64,000 bases of DNA, taken from NCBI GenBank assembly GCA_010405405.1, contig MU004235.1, positions 572,538 to 636,537 on the forward strand. The letters run 5' to 3'. The stretch is from Microthyrium microscopicum. Its lineage: Eukaryota. This document shows positions 13,801 to 26,839 of the stretch, piece after piece (position 1 is the stretch's first letter; every line of letters begins with the position of its first letter). The translations under genes were made by a program, and so were the position numbers. Below the pieces are notes generated by a model. That model ran no database searches. It had not been told where the DNA came from and saw only the letters and a program-made list of their open reading frames with translations.

Positions 13801-16800
13801 TGTCATGATTGAGACGCAGCTCTCCAAGGTGTACGAAAAGATCGACCTCACCCTTCTCAATCGTCTGCTACGACTAATCATGGACCACAACCTGGCTGAT
13901 TACATTACTTCCAAGAACAATGTGCAGCTCAACTACAAAGACATGAACCATATCAACAGCTATGGTTTGATTCGGGGTCTACAATTCTCAGCCTTTGTTT
14001 TCCAATTCTACGGTTTGGTTATTGATCTACTGCTACTTGGTCTGCAACGAGCTACTGATATTGCTGGTCCACCCTCGCCACAAACTCCAAACGACTTCCT
14101 TCAATTCCGTGATCGGGCAACAGAAACTCGACACCCCATCCGTCTCTATACTCGATACATAGATCGCATCTGGATCTTCTTCAGATTTACGGCGGAAGAG
14201 TCAAGAGACCTCATCCAGCGTTTCCTAACCGAACAACCGGATCCAAATTTCGAGAACGTTATTGGTTACCGCAACAAGAAATGCTGGCCACGAGACTCGC
14301 GAATGCGTCTTATGAGACACGATGTCAATCTGGGGCGTGCAGTCTTCTGGGACTTGAAGAACCGCCTGCCACGATCCGTGACCACGATCGATTGGGATGA
14401 TACCTACGCTAGTGTGTACAGTCGAGACAATCCCAACCTGCTATTCTCCATGAGCGGTTTCGAAGTCCGCATCCTGCCCAAAAATCGTAATCAGAATGAA
14501 GAGTTCACGACCAAAGACAGCGTATGGTCTCTTGTTGACAACGCTACCAAAGAGCGTACGGCACACGCCTTTTTGCAAGTGACTGAGGAGCACATTCAAC
14601 AGTTTAACAACCGCATTCGCCAAATCCTCATGTCTTCAGGCTCTACTACGTTCACGAAGATTGCGAATAAGTGGAATACAACCTTGATTGCACTCTTCAC
14701 ATATTACCGTGAAGCTGCTGTTTCTACAGTCAACCTTCTCGACACAATCGTCAAATGCGAGACCAAGATTCAAACTCGTGTCAAGATCGGTCTCAATTCA
14801 AAGATGCCTTCTCGTTTCCCTCCCGCCGTCTTCTATACTCCCAAGGAACTGGGTGGCCTCGGTATGATTTCCGGATCGCACATTCTCATTCCTGCTAGTG
14901 ACAAGAGATGGTCCAAGCAAACGGATACCGGTGTTACCCATTATCGTGCTGGCATGACACACGACGAAGAAACACTGATCCCCAACATTTTCCGATACAT
15001 TATTCCCTGGGAGTCGGAATTCATTGACTCTCAACGTGTCTGGACAGAATATTCCCAGAAGCGTCTCGAAGCTCAACAGCAGAATCGTCGTCTTACTTTG
15101 GAGGATCTGGAAGATAGCTGGGACCGTGGTCTACCTCGTATCAATACCCTGTTCCAGAAGGATCGTAGCACTTTAAGCTTTGACAAAGGTTTCCGTACGC
15201 GAACGGAATTTAAAACATATCAACTCATGAAGAGCAATCCTTTCTGGTGGACCAGCCAGCGTCATGACGGTAAACTTTGGAACTTGAACGCCTACCGTAC
15301 GGATGTTATTCAGGCATTGGGCGGTGTGGAGACCATCCTTGAACATACGCTCTTCAAGGCCACCGCATTCCCATCTTGGGAAGGTCTCTTCTGGGAGAAG
15401 GTAAGCAAAATCCCTTTCAGTGCCATCCTAAACCCTTGGCGGCATCTGAGGTCTTGCTGGGCTGCCATCGAATGGTATCTCAGCAGGATGATCTACAGCT
15501 CGCATTGTGTTAAAACAATGCTTTTATATTACATCACGCTAACATGTTCCAGGCATCCGGTTTCGAAGAATCCATGAAGTTCAAGAAGTTGACGAACGCA
15601 CAACGATCTGGTTTGAACCAGATCCCCAATCGTCGCTTTACTCTGTGGTGGTCACCAACAATCAATCGTGCTAACGTTTACGTTGGCTTTCAGGTCCAGC
15701 TCGATCTTACTGGTATCTTCCTTCACGGCAAGATCCCGACCCTCAAGATATCTCTCATCCAAATCTTCCGTGCCCATTTGTGGCAGAAGATTCACGAATC
15801 GGTTGTCATGGATTTGTGCCAAGTTTTTGATCAGGAACTCGAGGCGCTTGGAATTGAGACTGTGCAGAAAGAGACGATTCATCCTCGAAAATCATACAAG
15901 ATGAACAGCTCTTGCGCAGACATTCTTCTTTTCGCAAGCCACAAGTGGAGCGTAACTCCTCCATCACTATTGTATGACACTAAGGACCAAATGTCTTCCA
16001 CTAGCACCAACAAATTCTGGATAGATGTACAACTGCGGTATGGCGATTACGACTCTCACGACATCGAGCGATATGTCAGAGCCAAGTATCTTGACTACAC
16101 AACTGATTCGATGAGTATCTATCCCTCTGCCACAGGTCTAATGATTGGTATCGATCTTGCATACAACCTCTACTCGGCTTACGGACAATACTTCCCAGGT
16201 CTCAAGCAGCTTGTCCAACAAGCCATGGCCAAGATCATGAAGGCTAATCCTGCGCTATACGTTCTTCGTGAGCGCATACGGAAGGGTCTTCAGCTTTATG
16301 CATCAGAGAGCAACCAAGAGTTCTTAAACTCTCAAAACTACTCTGAGTTGTTCAGTAACCAGATCCAGCTGTTCATTGATGATACCAACGTCTATCGTGT
16401 CACTATCCACAAGACATTCGAAGGTAATTTGACAACCAAGCCAATCAACGGTGCCATTTTCATCTTCAACCCTCGAACTGGCCAACTGTTCCTCAAGATC
16501 ATTCATACAAGTGTCTGGGCAGGTCAGAAGCGTCTTGGGCAGCTCGCCAAATGGAAAACGGCAGAAGAAGTGGCAGCTCTTATCCGGTCATTGCCTGTAG
16601 AAGAACAACCCAAGCAACTCATTGTCACTCGAAAGGGTCTTCTTGATCCTCTAGAAGTCCATTTGCTTGACTTCCCCAACATCTCGATTCGAGCCTCTGA
16701 GCTTCAGTTGCCATTCCAGGCTGCTATGAAGGTCGAGAAACTCGCAGACATGATTTTGAAAGCCACCGAGCCTCAGATGGTGCTGTACAATCTTTATGAC

Positions 16801-18045
16801 GAGTGGCTTAAGACCATCTCATCATACACAGCCTTCTCTCGACTTGTGCTCATTCTCAGAGCTCTTCATGTCAACATTGACAAGACCAAGTTGATCTTGC
16901 GCCCAGATAGAACAGTCATTACTCAAGCTCATCACATCTGGCCTACACTGTCAGATGAAGATTGGATGAAGGTCGAGAAATCTCTGCAAGATCTAATCCT
17001 TAATGACTATGCTCGCAAGAACAACGTCAATACTTCAAGTTTGACGAACAGCGAAATCCGAGATATCATTCTTGGTATGGAAATTAGCGCACCTTCTCTC
17101 CAGCGTCAACAGGCTGCCGAAATTGATGCGCAGCAACAAGAACAGGCACAATTGACTGCTGTGACCACCAAGACTACCAACGCGGCTGGAGAAGAGCTGA
17201 TCGTCACAACTACGTCTCAGTACGAGCAACAATCATTTGCCTCGAAAACCGAATGGCGAACTCGAGCGATCGCTACTTCCAATCTTCGAACTCGTGCCAA
17301 CAATATCTATATCTCCTCAGATGATATCAAGGAGGACGGCAATTTTACCTATGTCATGCCCAAGAATGTGCTTAAACGATTCATCATGATTGCGGATCTC
17401 CGTATTCAAGTTGCAGGCTATCTCTACGGATGCTCCCCTCCGGATAACTCTCAAGTCAAAGAGGTCCGCACCATTGTCATGGTTCCTCAAGTTGGTAATA
17501 CTCGAGACGTGCAGCTTCCTCGTGAATTGCCTCAGCACGAATACCTCAGCAATCTTGAGCCACTCGGCATCATTCACACTGTCTCCGGCACCGAGCCATC
17601 GTATATGACATCTCAAGATGTTACTCAGCAAGCGCGCCTCCGTGAACATCATCCCTCATGGAAGAACACAGTAACAATGACTGTCTCCTTCATGCCAGGC
17701 TCTGTCTCTCTATCCGCATGGTCAATCACACCTGGCGGCTACAAGTGGGGTGCTGACAACAAGGACCTTGGCAGTGATCAACCCGCCGGATTCAGCACGT
17801 CCTTCGGAGACAAGTGCCAGCTACTGCTGAGCGACAAAATCCGGGGCTACTTCCTCGTACCTGAGCATAATTCCTGGAATTACAGCTTCATGGGAAGCAC
17901 CTTTGGCAGTGTTGAGAAGCGGCCTGTTTATGTCAAGATTGATACTCCTCTTCGGTTCTACGATGATCAGCATCGGCCGCTGCATTTCCAGAACTTTGCA
18001 GAGCTCGAGGATGTTTGGGTGGATCGGGACAATCATTTCGATTAG
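10814..18045 (+). CDS. PRP8: Pre-mRNA splicing factor Prp8 (U5 snRNP), about 2359 aa, intein-free; exons 10814-15400, 15553-18045
   Basis: Pro-rich N-terminus, [50 protein letters not shown], RNaseH-like and Jab1/MPN regions. The two long ORFs are joined by a GTAAGC..GCTAAC..CAG intron. Confidence 0.98.
15401..15552 (+). other. Structured 152-nt spliceosomal intron of PRP8
   Basis: Donor GTAAGC, branch GCTAAC (15538-15543), acceptor CAG. Hairpins at 15451-15489 and 15502-15521. Confidence 0.9.
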
Positions 18046-18487
18046 AGCAAGATATTGGGAGCTTTGTATGACTGGTACTGTCAGGTAAATCGGTTAGGGT
18101 AGCGCAAGGGAGCCTGGTGTCTGGTTGTATATCGCATATAGGGGACCTGGCTAGTTGCTTTGACTTGGTCTTGTAATTATACTGTAGCGGAGCGATAGCG
18201 TATGACATTTCTGTCTGTATAACTTCTAGTCACCGGTGGCGAAATGGTTATAATGTGACTTAACTATGAAAAGGATAGGCTTTCCCGTTCTCCTGGTTAT
18301 ATTAAATGCCTCTAATGTGGCATGAATCTGCAAGCAATATATCTCGTAAGGCTTTTGCCTAATGAATATATACATTAAGTCACATATGCTAGGCTTCTGA
18401 GACCTGTCATCTCCCCATTGCATACACGAATGCTTGTTGGACCGTAATTAGACAACATCTTTGATTTTCACACCGTTGATATCTCAC

Positions 18488-19843
18488 TTAGACAAGCATA
18501 GCAGCAAATCCGGCAAGAACAGCCAAGGCGCCACTCACTTCATAAGTAGACGCACCAGCTTTTGAAGATGAAGCCGCAGGAGAAGACGAAGTTGACGTGC
18601 CATTGGAAGCACTTGGAACGACGCTGGTATAGTTGTACGTCTGTGTCTGATTTCCCCAAGTTTTGACCACAGCAGGTAACACACCCTGTCCAGAAGCACA
18701 TTTGGCACTTGTATTTGGTACGGGCCAGACAGGAATATATGATGTGTCGGATAGTGGACCTGGGTACGACTGGTTGTTATAAAGGCTGGTTGTGCTCACA
18801 TTCTGGTTGGTATAGCCCGTCTTGTTGGCAACAACTGCGAAGACATTTGCATTGCAGTCCCAGCGTCCAAGGGATGGAAGACCCCAATTCACAGCGACGG
18901 ATGATATGGTGGAGTAATGGTCGTAGAAGGTGTTGTCCGTGGTTCCTACCAGGCTGGATGGTATGACATCTGGGCCACCGATGAGGATAGAGAAAACTTT
19001 GTTCTGCTGTGTGTATGTTTCATCTTCGTCAAAGGTGAGTAGTAGGAGCGTGCCGTTCATGAATGATGTGTTGTTGATGAGGGCTCCAATTGCACTAGAC
19101 TCCCACTTGGAGGCAAATGTAACGTTTGTGTCGTGGCCATCGTTTGTCATATTTGGAGTTATGAATGCCCACTGAGGCAAAGTATTGGCGGCAACGTCAC
19201 TCGCAAGGCTTGTGAAATTCTTGATCTGAGATATTCGAGTCGCGTTTGAAGTGACACTTTGGAAAATGATGAGCGGATTATGCTTGCGCACATAATTGTT
19301 GGCAAACGTTTTCTGGTTCGAGTAGTTGAAGCCCTGGAAGCCGGCATATGGCGCGCCTTCCTGATATTCAGCCCAAGATATCCCCTTGGTGTCTAGTAGA
19401 TCAACAACGGTGGAAATGTTGCTGGGTATGGCGTGGAAATCGTCATTATCCATGCCAAAGTAATCACTGAAATCCTAATTAGCAACTGCTTTATGAAATA
19501 TCAACAATACTTACCCTGCCACAGAAGCTACATAATTCGGTTCTGATGGATGAGTTACAGCCCAGTAATTGGTCAGAGTGATTCCCAGTTTTGAAAGGGC
19601 GATTTGATTCGGATCACCCGCTGCAGCGCTGTAATCTGTATTCTCTAGCCAAACTTGGTAGAAGCGCTGGAATGATTTGCCTTGCACATTGGAGACTGGG
19701 GATATTGCCTTCGCAGTGGCCTGAGCAGCAGCAATGGCAGAGCTTGATGGCAGAAGGGTAGACTCTGGAGCTTCAGCGACGGAAGAAGCAGCCAGTACAA
19801 CTGATGAGGCTCCAAGGAGGAGCGAGACGCAGATGGACTTCAT
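18488..19843 (-). CDS. Secreted, probably GPI-anchored acid phosphatase (phosphoesterase family); intron 19514-19467
   Basis: Signal peptide, WLENTDY, THPSEPNY, YVRKHNP, TPNMTNDGHDT, LLLTFDE, YDHYS motifs. Ser-rich tail ending in a hydrophobic C-terminus. Confidence 0.9.
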
Positions 19844-20993
19844 GACAATGGCGGTGATCAGTAACAGAAATGGAAATATCAATGTCACCTCAAGGTTCGT
19901 CGTACAGTCCTGATTATGATATTGTCAAGGTGCAGTTGGATGTACAGATTTATAGGTCAAATAGTGCTATCACCCTACGATACGATTCACAAAACGCAAG
20001 CTCCGAGAGTCTGGTTTGAGTGCATGGAAGTTCAATTGTTGCCTACCTACATCAAGCACGCTTCCTTGTTGACGATCGCTATTGGTTTTTGATGGTATGA
20101 TCAGTGCGGAGGTTGCAACATGCAAACAGGTTGTACCTAAAAGAAGCAACGCCATGCGTGCCTCCTTACCCGTTAGCCGTTTGACCCAACCGCGTTCTGT
20201 GTCTTGCGAGATTTTGAAGTAGTTGGAAGGTAACTTTTCAAAGAGCTAGCCATGCTTTTGACTGGATTTGAAGCGCCACAAGGGCACGGCACATACTAGG
20301 AAAGTTTTCCTGCATGGCCCTGCATATAATGACCAATACCCAGATGCCTATTGGTCCCAAAATTATCTTGTAATGTGCCAGAGATTCAATGTTTGCACCT
20401 TTTGGCCAATTAGCCAATCTCTAGCTGGCGCATGCAACAAACTGCCTGTCTCAATGGCCTCCCAGAGCTGTGAGGCTGAGAGCACAAGACATGACAATGC
20501 AGGGTCCCATCATCCCACAGCTTGTAATTGATAAGGTATACACTATGTAACAATGCTTATTATTGCTACCCGGTTCGGGGTAGCATCAATACCATCTATC
20601 GCTTGAGACTTGATGGGTGTATTCACGAATCAAACCCCACTCAAGCCGCTTTCGCAAGTCGACAAGCAATTCCCTTCTTTCTCTTGCAAGTTGCAGGGGT
20701 TGGTAAACTGCTGTTTCTGGCATAAGAATATGGTTCATATCTGGGACAGCCTCCTATCTTTAGCATTGATCTTATCTTGGGGAAAGTACTCAATCTTTGA
20801 TCGTTGAGCGACTTGGAAAACTTCTAGCATTACTGAGAAATTGCTTCCTCCCTTGGAGCCAGCATTTGCAATAAGCTCCCACTACTCCATATTTCTGTCC
20901 CGGCCTACTTCAAAATCTGATAGAGGATCTAAATGGAATTCGTGTGGTAAACAACCGCAAGACAGTCCTCACTTCAAGGAAGCTGTAAATGAA

Positions 20994-22923
20994 ATGTCCG
21001 ATACTACTGATATCAAAGCATCGACACTACCAACAGCTCGCAAATCCCGATTCTCTAGGTTATGTTGCTGTATACTACTGGTTGCAGCTTTTATTGTAGT
21101 TCTTGGTCTCGCACTTGGCCTTGGGTTGGGACTTGGCTTGAAACATCGCACTTCAACGACTGAAAGTTCACCAGCTACTGGTTCCTCTCAAGCATCAAAT
21201 CAAATTCAGTCATGGAGGAGAAGTACGCTTGATTACGCTCTTGATCTCAGTGGTTGGGATTTCAATGCGCCACCAACTACTCGAGTCTACAACTTTACTG
21301 CGTCTGAAATTGCCGCATATCCAGATGGTGAGAGCGCAGGATTTCCAAACTGGGCATCTTACTGACAGGAAAACAGGAGTAAATCGCACCGTACTTGCGA
21401 TCAATGGCCAGTTTCCAGGACCATTGATCCGCATTAACCAAGGCGACCGACTGGTAGTGCATCTCACCAATCATTTGCCTAATGCAACAACTCTTCATTG
21501 GCATGGAATGTTCCAAAACGACACAAACTGGATGGATGGAACCACTGGAATAACCCAATGTCCCATACCGTCTGGCCAAACTTTCACTTACAATTTCACC
21601 GTGCCTACTCAATCAGGCACGTATTGGTATCATGCACATCAATCCACCCAGTATATTGATGGTCTAGTTGGGCCACTGATTGTTCACTCCCCTGAAGAAG
21701 TTCAATTACAAAAACAGTATTACGACTTCGACCAAGTCATACTAGTCCAAGACTGGTACCATGGCTTGAGTGCTGGGCTTCTAGATGGATTCCTCGCGAG
21801 TGGCAATGAAAATGCAGAGCCCGTTCCGGACAACGGATTGATACAAGGTACAAACTATTTCAACTGCTCCTCCTACGATGAAGGCAGTGGATACACTTGC
21901 TATGATAATTCGACACGAGCTACTTTCGCCGTTGAAAATAACCACCGCTACCGTTTGAGATTTATAAACACAGGGGCTTTCACGACATTCCAAATTTCAA
22001 TTGACAATCACACTTTGAACGTCATTGAAGCCGACTCGACCATTGTCGAGCCACTGCCCGTCCATCGCTTTGAGATTGCCACCGCCCAACGCGTTTCGGT
22101 TATTCTGAACGCAAACCAAAGCTCCACGACAAACTACTGGATGCGAATGGAGATGAATACCGATTGTTACGCAGCCGATAACCCCGTCTTGGATACTAGT
22201 GTGCTCTCTCTCATCAGTTATACGAATAGCACAGCGGAACCAACCAGTTCTGTGGACTGGAAGGATGCATATGACTTGATCTGTCAAGATATGAACAACA
22301 CACTTCTAGTTCCTGTTGCAGAACAACAAGCTCCGCCAGCGGATATATTCTACCAGCTCTCATTTTCATTTGCAATTGGAGACTATGCGCTCGACCGAGC
22401 GGTGATCAACGGCTCTACCTGGGTGCCCAACAAAAGTGATCCTACACTAAACCAAGCAATAGCCGGAATACATGCTTCCAACATATCGGAAACAGCTGGA
22501 GTTAGCACTGGATTTTCTCCAAATCAATATGTGATCTCTCTACCGACCATCCAAGTAGTAGATCTGCTAGTTCAGAATTTCGACGATGGCTCGCATCCAT
22601 TTCATTTTCACGGTCATGTCTTTTGGGTAATGGCTACTTCCACAGAACAATACTTTCCGTGGAGTAGCGACCTCTACTCTCAGCTGAATTCTACATCCTC
22701 AAACGATTACACTAAAAATCCGATGCGCAGAGATACCATTACAGTTGAAGGATATAGTTGGGTTTTGTTGCGATTTCGTAACGACAATCCTGGTGTGTGG
22801 GCTTTTCACTGTCACAATATCTGGCATATGGAAGCAGGATTAATGGCGCAGTTCATGTCGTTACCAGACGTTATCAAATCGTGGGAGATTCCTGCAGATG
22901 TTGCAAATTTGTGTATTGTATAA
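20994..22923 (+). CDS. Multicopper oxidase (laccase-like, AA1) with N-terminal membrane anchor; intron 21328-21376; start codon uncertain
   Basis: Copper motifs HWHG, WYHAH, HPFHFHGH and HCHNIWHMEAGL. Transmembrane segment ILLVAAFIVVLGLALGLGLGLGL in exon 1. Confidence 0.9.
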
Positions 22924-23325
22924 TTGACGATAACTGCCATATTCAAAAATATATCAAAGTTTGGCCTTGAAAAGTCTCAAGTCCGTATTTCAATAGCCAT
23001 CTTTGGTTGCTATTCACTTCTTTGAATCCCGCTTCGTCAATCCCTGCTCTTGGTGGTTTATTACCCCAGACTTCGAATATCTTAATTGCTTTTTTTTTGG
23101 TGACAGGGTTGCATCACCACATCCTGCGGCCTCCTTGGCCACCTCAAGCAACAAATTCTTCTCCGCTCATTGAACATCGCCGAGAATCAAATACACAAAA
23201 TGGAAGCCAGACCGATATGCAACCGATCAAACAAGGTGTTACAGGAGATCTCGGTGTCCAGCATTACAGCGCAAGGCTTGTAGACACTAGACCATGAAGT
23301 CTCTGATTAGACCCCTGACTCCACC

Positions 23326-26310
23326 ATGCCCGGAAGGCGAACAAACAACAGACGTCGTCCCAAAAAGCGAGGAAGCGATGTATCTTCCATCGACAGGTCC
23401 CATGAGAGCATCAGCGACTTGACAGCGTTAAGTAGTGAGCCCGAAGGACTTACGTCTTCACCAGTGGAAGAAGTCAATGGCGCATTTCCTTCTCTGAGAC
23501 TGCAAAATGTGTGCAGGGCCTGTGAGAAGCTCTATGACCAAGAAATTGCCAATCTCCAATTCAGCTCCAACTCCAATAGCTCGATCTATCTGGGCAATCT
23601 GCAACATATCAGTCCTGATACAGGATGCATAATGTGCCTATTCTTCCACGGCATGAAATCCGATTATTCAGAGACAAATGATTACCACCTTCATGCCTTT
23701 TCCGCAGCTACTTCACTTTTCGCAACACCCATGAGAGATCTCATCGATGAGAGTGTTATCACTAGCAAGACATCATACAAGGATGCGCCTTTGTTTGGGG
23801 TGATTGCTGGCGCTCCTAACCAAATTTCTGTTACCGATGCGTACGAGATTCTAAAGCACAGAGGCTGCTTTCTGTCTTGCAACTTGGATTATTTTGGACG
23901 CGAAATTCCCCATAGACACAATGAGTCTGGCATCTATTCTGGATCCGCAGAAGATGAGAAGCATCTGAGCATTATTAGATGGCGACCAAATGTGACCAAA
24001 TATCAAAGTTTCATCTATCCACTTCCGGAAACCGTTTCGATCGAAGATGCGATAGACTTATCGAGGGCAAAAGGGTTTGTGACCATCAGCAATAATCGAG
24101 CTTTACCAGAGCATTTGACGACCAAGGATCTTGAAAAGCGCCAAAAATCGTCCAGTGGTTTGGGAGGGCCTATCACTTTATGGCCAGTGCGAATTGCCAC
24201 TACGGAGGATAATGATACACCAGGCCAACGAGGCTATGTTCCGCATTCGATTCGAAGGAAACTATATATCAGATCCTTATATGGTCGGACCATTGATGTC
24301 GACCGAGTCGATTTCAATCTCATCAGAACATGGATCGACGAGTGCCTGAATCGACAAAAACGTCCCAATCGATGCGAGGAGTTCACTGGTCAACGTACTA
24401 GGCTCAAGAAGCTAGATTTGTATCTCTTAGATTGCAAAACCCGTCGTGTTATTCAACCAGAATCGAAGAAAAACCTCGAATATGTAGCTCTAAGCTACGT
24501 TTGGGGAAACATTTCTCGAGACCTGAAACCTATGGTCCATAAAATCCCCTACAGTATTCCTGATAGCTGTTGCGCTGTCATTGAGGATGCCATCAGTGTT
24601 GCTCTTCGATTGGGTTTCCGCTATTTATGGATTGACATGCTTTGCATTTCCTCGGCCTCATCACTACGGCACGATCAGATTGGCCATATGGACACAGTCT
24701 ACAAGAACGCAGCCCTCACCATTGTTGCCGCAGCAGGATTTAATGCTGAGTATGGGCTTCCTGGTGTGGGCCAGCGACCTCGCATAAAACAAAGCAAAAT
24801 TTATATCAAAAACCACCGATTTGTGTCAACGTTGCCACACCCGGAGCATACTTTGGATCGGTCTGTGTACCAAACAAGAGCATGGACATATCAAGAATTC
24901 TTCTTCTCTACTCGACGACTTATCTTCACTGATCATCAAGTCCATTTTCAATGCCAGTCCCGCTGCCGATCAAATTTTCGCTGCGAATCGCTTTCTTTTC
25001 CTCCTTTCAGCGAACTATATTTTAAAAGCTTGGGGAACGATGGGAGATACCAAGATCATCTTCCAAAAGACAAATACTTACAAGGAGTGCATGCTCTCAT
25101 AAAGGATACTCGCTACTTCATTGATGGTACACTACATGTCGCCAATAATTCTGGCATCAGGAAATTGTCCACTCTGGCGATATTTGAGCATCACATTAAT
25201 CAGTTCAGCAACCGAAAGCTTTCATTTGACTCAGACGCTTTGGCAGCAATTGTTAGTGTGCTCGATCGTTTCCCTCATGAGATTCATTCGATCCAGCATC
25301 TCGCTGGTATTCCTTTCATGTCTTATGCAAAGACATACACTGTCGTCCCTTGGCCAAACGCTTCTCCGATATCTCACAAATTCAACTTTGCTTATGGTAA
25401 GGTCCCCATTGTGAAAGCGCCTGCACCGATACTTCGTCGAAAGCAAATACTAAGTTCGAGCTACTTTTACTTCGGCATTTCAGACACAATCTTCATGTTG
25501 GCCTTCATATTTTACCATCCTAGATCAAAGGTTTCCAGATTGTATATTTTTATTCGCCACGTAACACGTTACTTGGTTTGGCGAAAGCCAGTAATGTCGG
25601 GCTCTTCTGGCTTGCTTTAATTACTTGCAGGACTGTATGAGATTACAAGCACTTTCTGAGAACCTCCGCAGTGCGTATCAACTAAATACTGATTATATGT
25701 AGGTCTTGCTTGGACTCACGGTGCTCACAAGCAACCTCTCCGAAGACGTGCAAAATTCGCATCCTGGACCTGGGCTGGCTGGGAAGGCCAAGTAGACTGG
25801 CTGATCGGCTCGACCAATTTAGACGACTTTCAAAATGCAGAAGAAGACGTGACCAAATTCGAGTACGTGGAAACCAAAAACCAAACAGAATCACTCCGGA
25901 GTACCGACAAATGGCGAGCTGGTGAAAAGCGAGAACCGCCAAACAAATTGCTATTGACAGCTAGTGTTGTCAAAATCAAAATCGAATGGCAAGATACAAG
26001 AAAGCGATCCGACAAGGACCACTATCCTAGCGGCTACTACCTAGTAGACTCGTACGCTGATCTAACATGTCCTCTCCATGTTACACATCTGGGGATGGCT
26101 GAGATTGCTGCTGAACAGAAGCATTTATACGGTGTCTGTCTTGGTTCGAACACTAACGAAAATGCTGTTTACCTCTTGATTATCAGGAGAATACCTCGAA
26201 ATGATCACTCCGACGATCATTCCGATTACTTTGAGAGGATAGGAGTAATGGTTGCACCAATTCATCGCTTTGATACCCACCGGATGAGCATTACTGGCTG
26301 GCTTGTTTAA
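23326..26310 (+). CDS. HET-domain (heterokaryon incompatibility, PF06985-type) protein, about 892 aa; intron 25397-25702
   Basis: YVALSYVWG, RYLWIDMLCI, QIGHMDTVYKNAALTIVAAAG, RAWTYQE. Splicing restores GLAW..RRRAKFASWTWAGWEG and the C-terminal YFERIG typical of these proteins. Confidence 0.9.
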
Positions 26311-26839
26311 GGCAATCTCCGTGCGACAGATGAATAATGGTTTTGTTCATATCATCGACTATATAAAAGGCTGCCGTTTGGTCTATCAATCTTTTCATGA
26401 TTGATAATCTATCAATAGCATTCTCTGCCATATAGGTGACCCTGAACCGAGAGACAATGGATTTCTTAAAGAGTGGTTTCACTGTTCTCACTACGACGCG
26501 TAGCTCTTGTAGCGAATGTTACAAAATACAGCGCCAGCAATTTCAGTCACCCAGTCAAGAGACTGGAATCGACCTATGACTTTCCCCATCAATACCCAGT
26601 GTGTCATACAATGTCAACTAATGCTCAATATAAAGTCTTGCTTATCACTGATCAGTACAAGCCAGGCACTGGCCTACGGTGAAATCAAGGCTATGAAGGC
26701 AAACACATGGCTATAAATTTTCCATAGCTATCATAAACTGCTCTAGCATACAGCAATTCAAAAAGCTCTATCCTCAAGGTAAAATCGCAACCAACGCCAC
26801 TTGACTGTGCAACAAGTCATCTGAAATTCATCTTCCAGT

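Noticed and set aside
15401..15577. Intein, mini-intein or frameshift in PRP8
   Set aside because: No Cys start or His-Asn end, length is not a multiple of 3, and canonical splice signals restore WEKASGFEES exactly.
10886..18036. Many antisense and alternate-frame ORFs within PRP8 and other genes
   Set aside because: Expected shadows of long coding sequences, with no independent support.
25621..25640. 4-nt microexon (CAG-GACT-GTATGA) inside the 306-nt HET intron
   Set aside because: Inclusion breaks the frame, the branch point is weak, and the single intron already gives a good protein.
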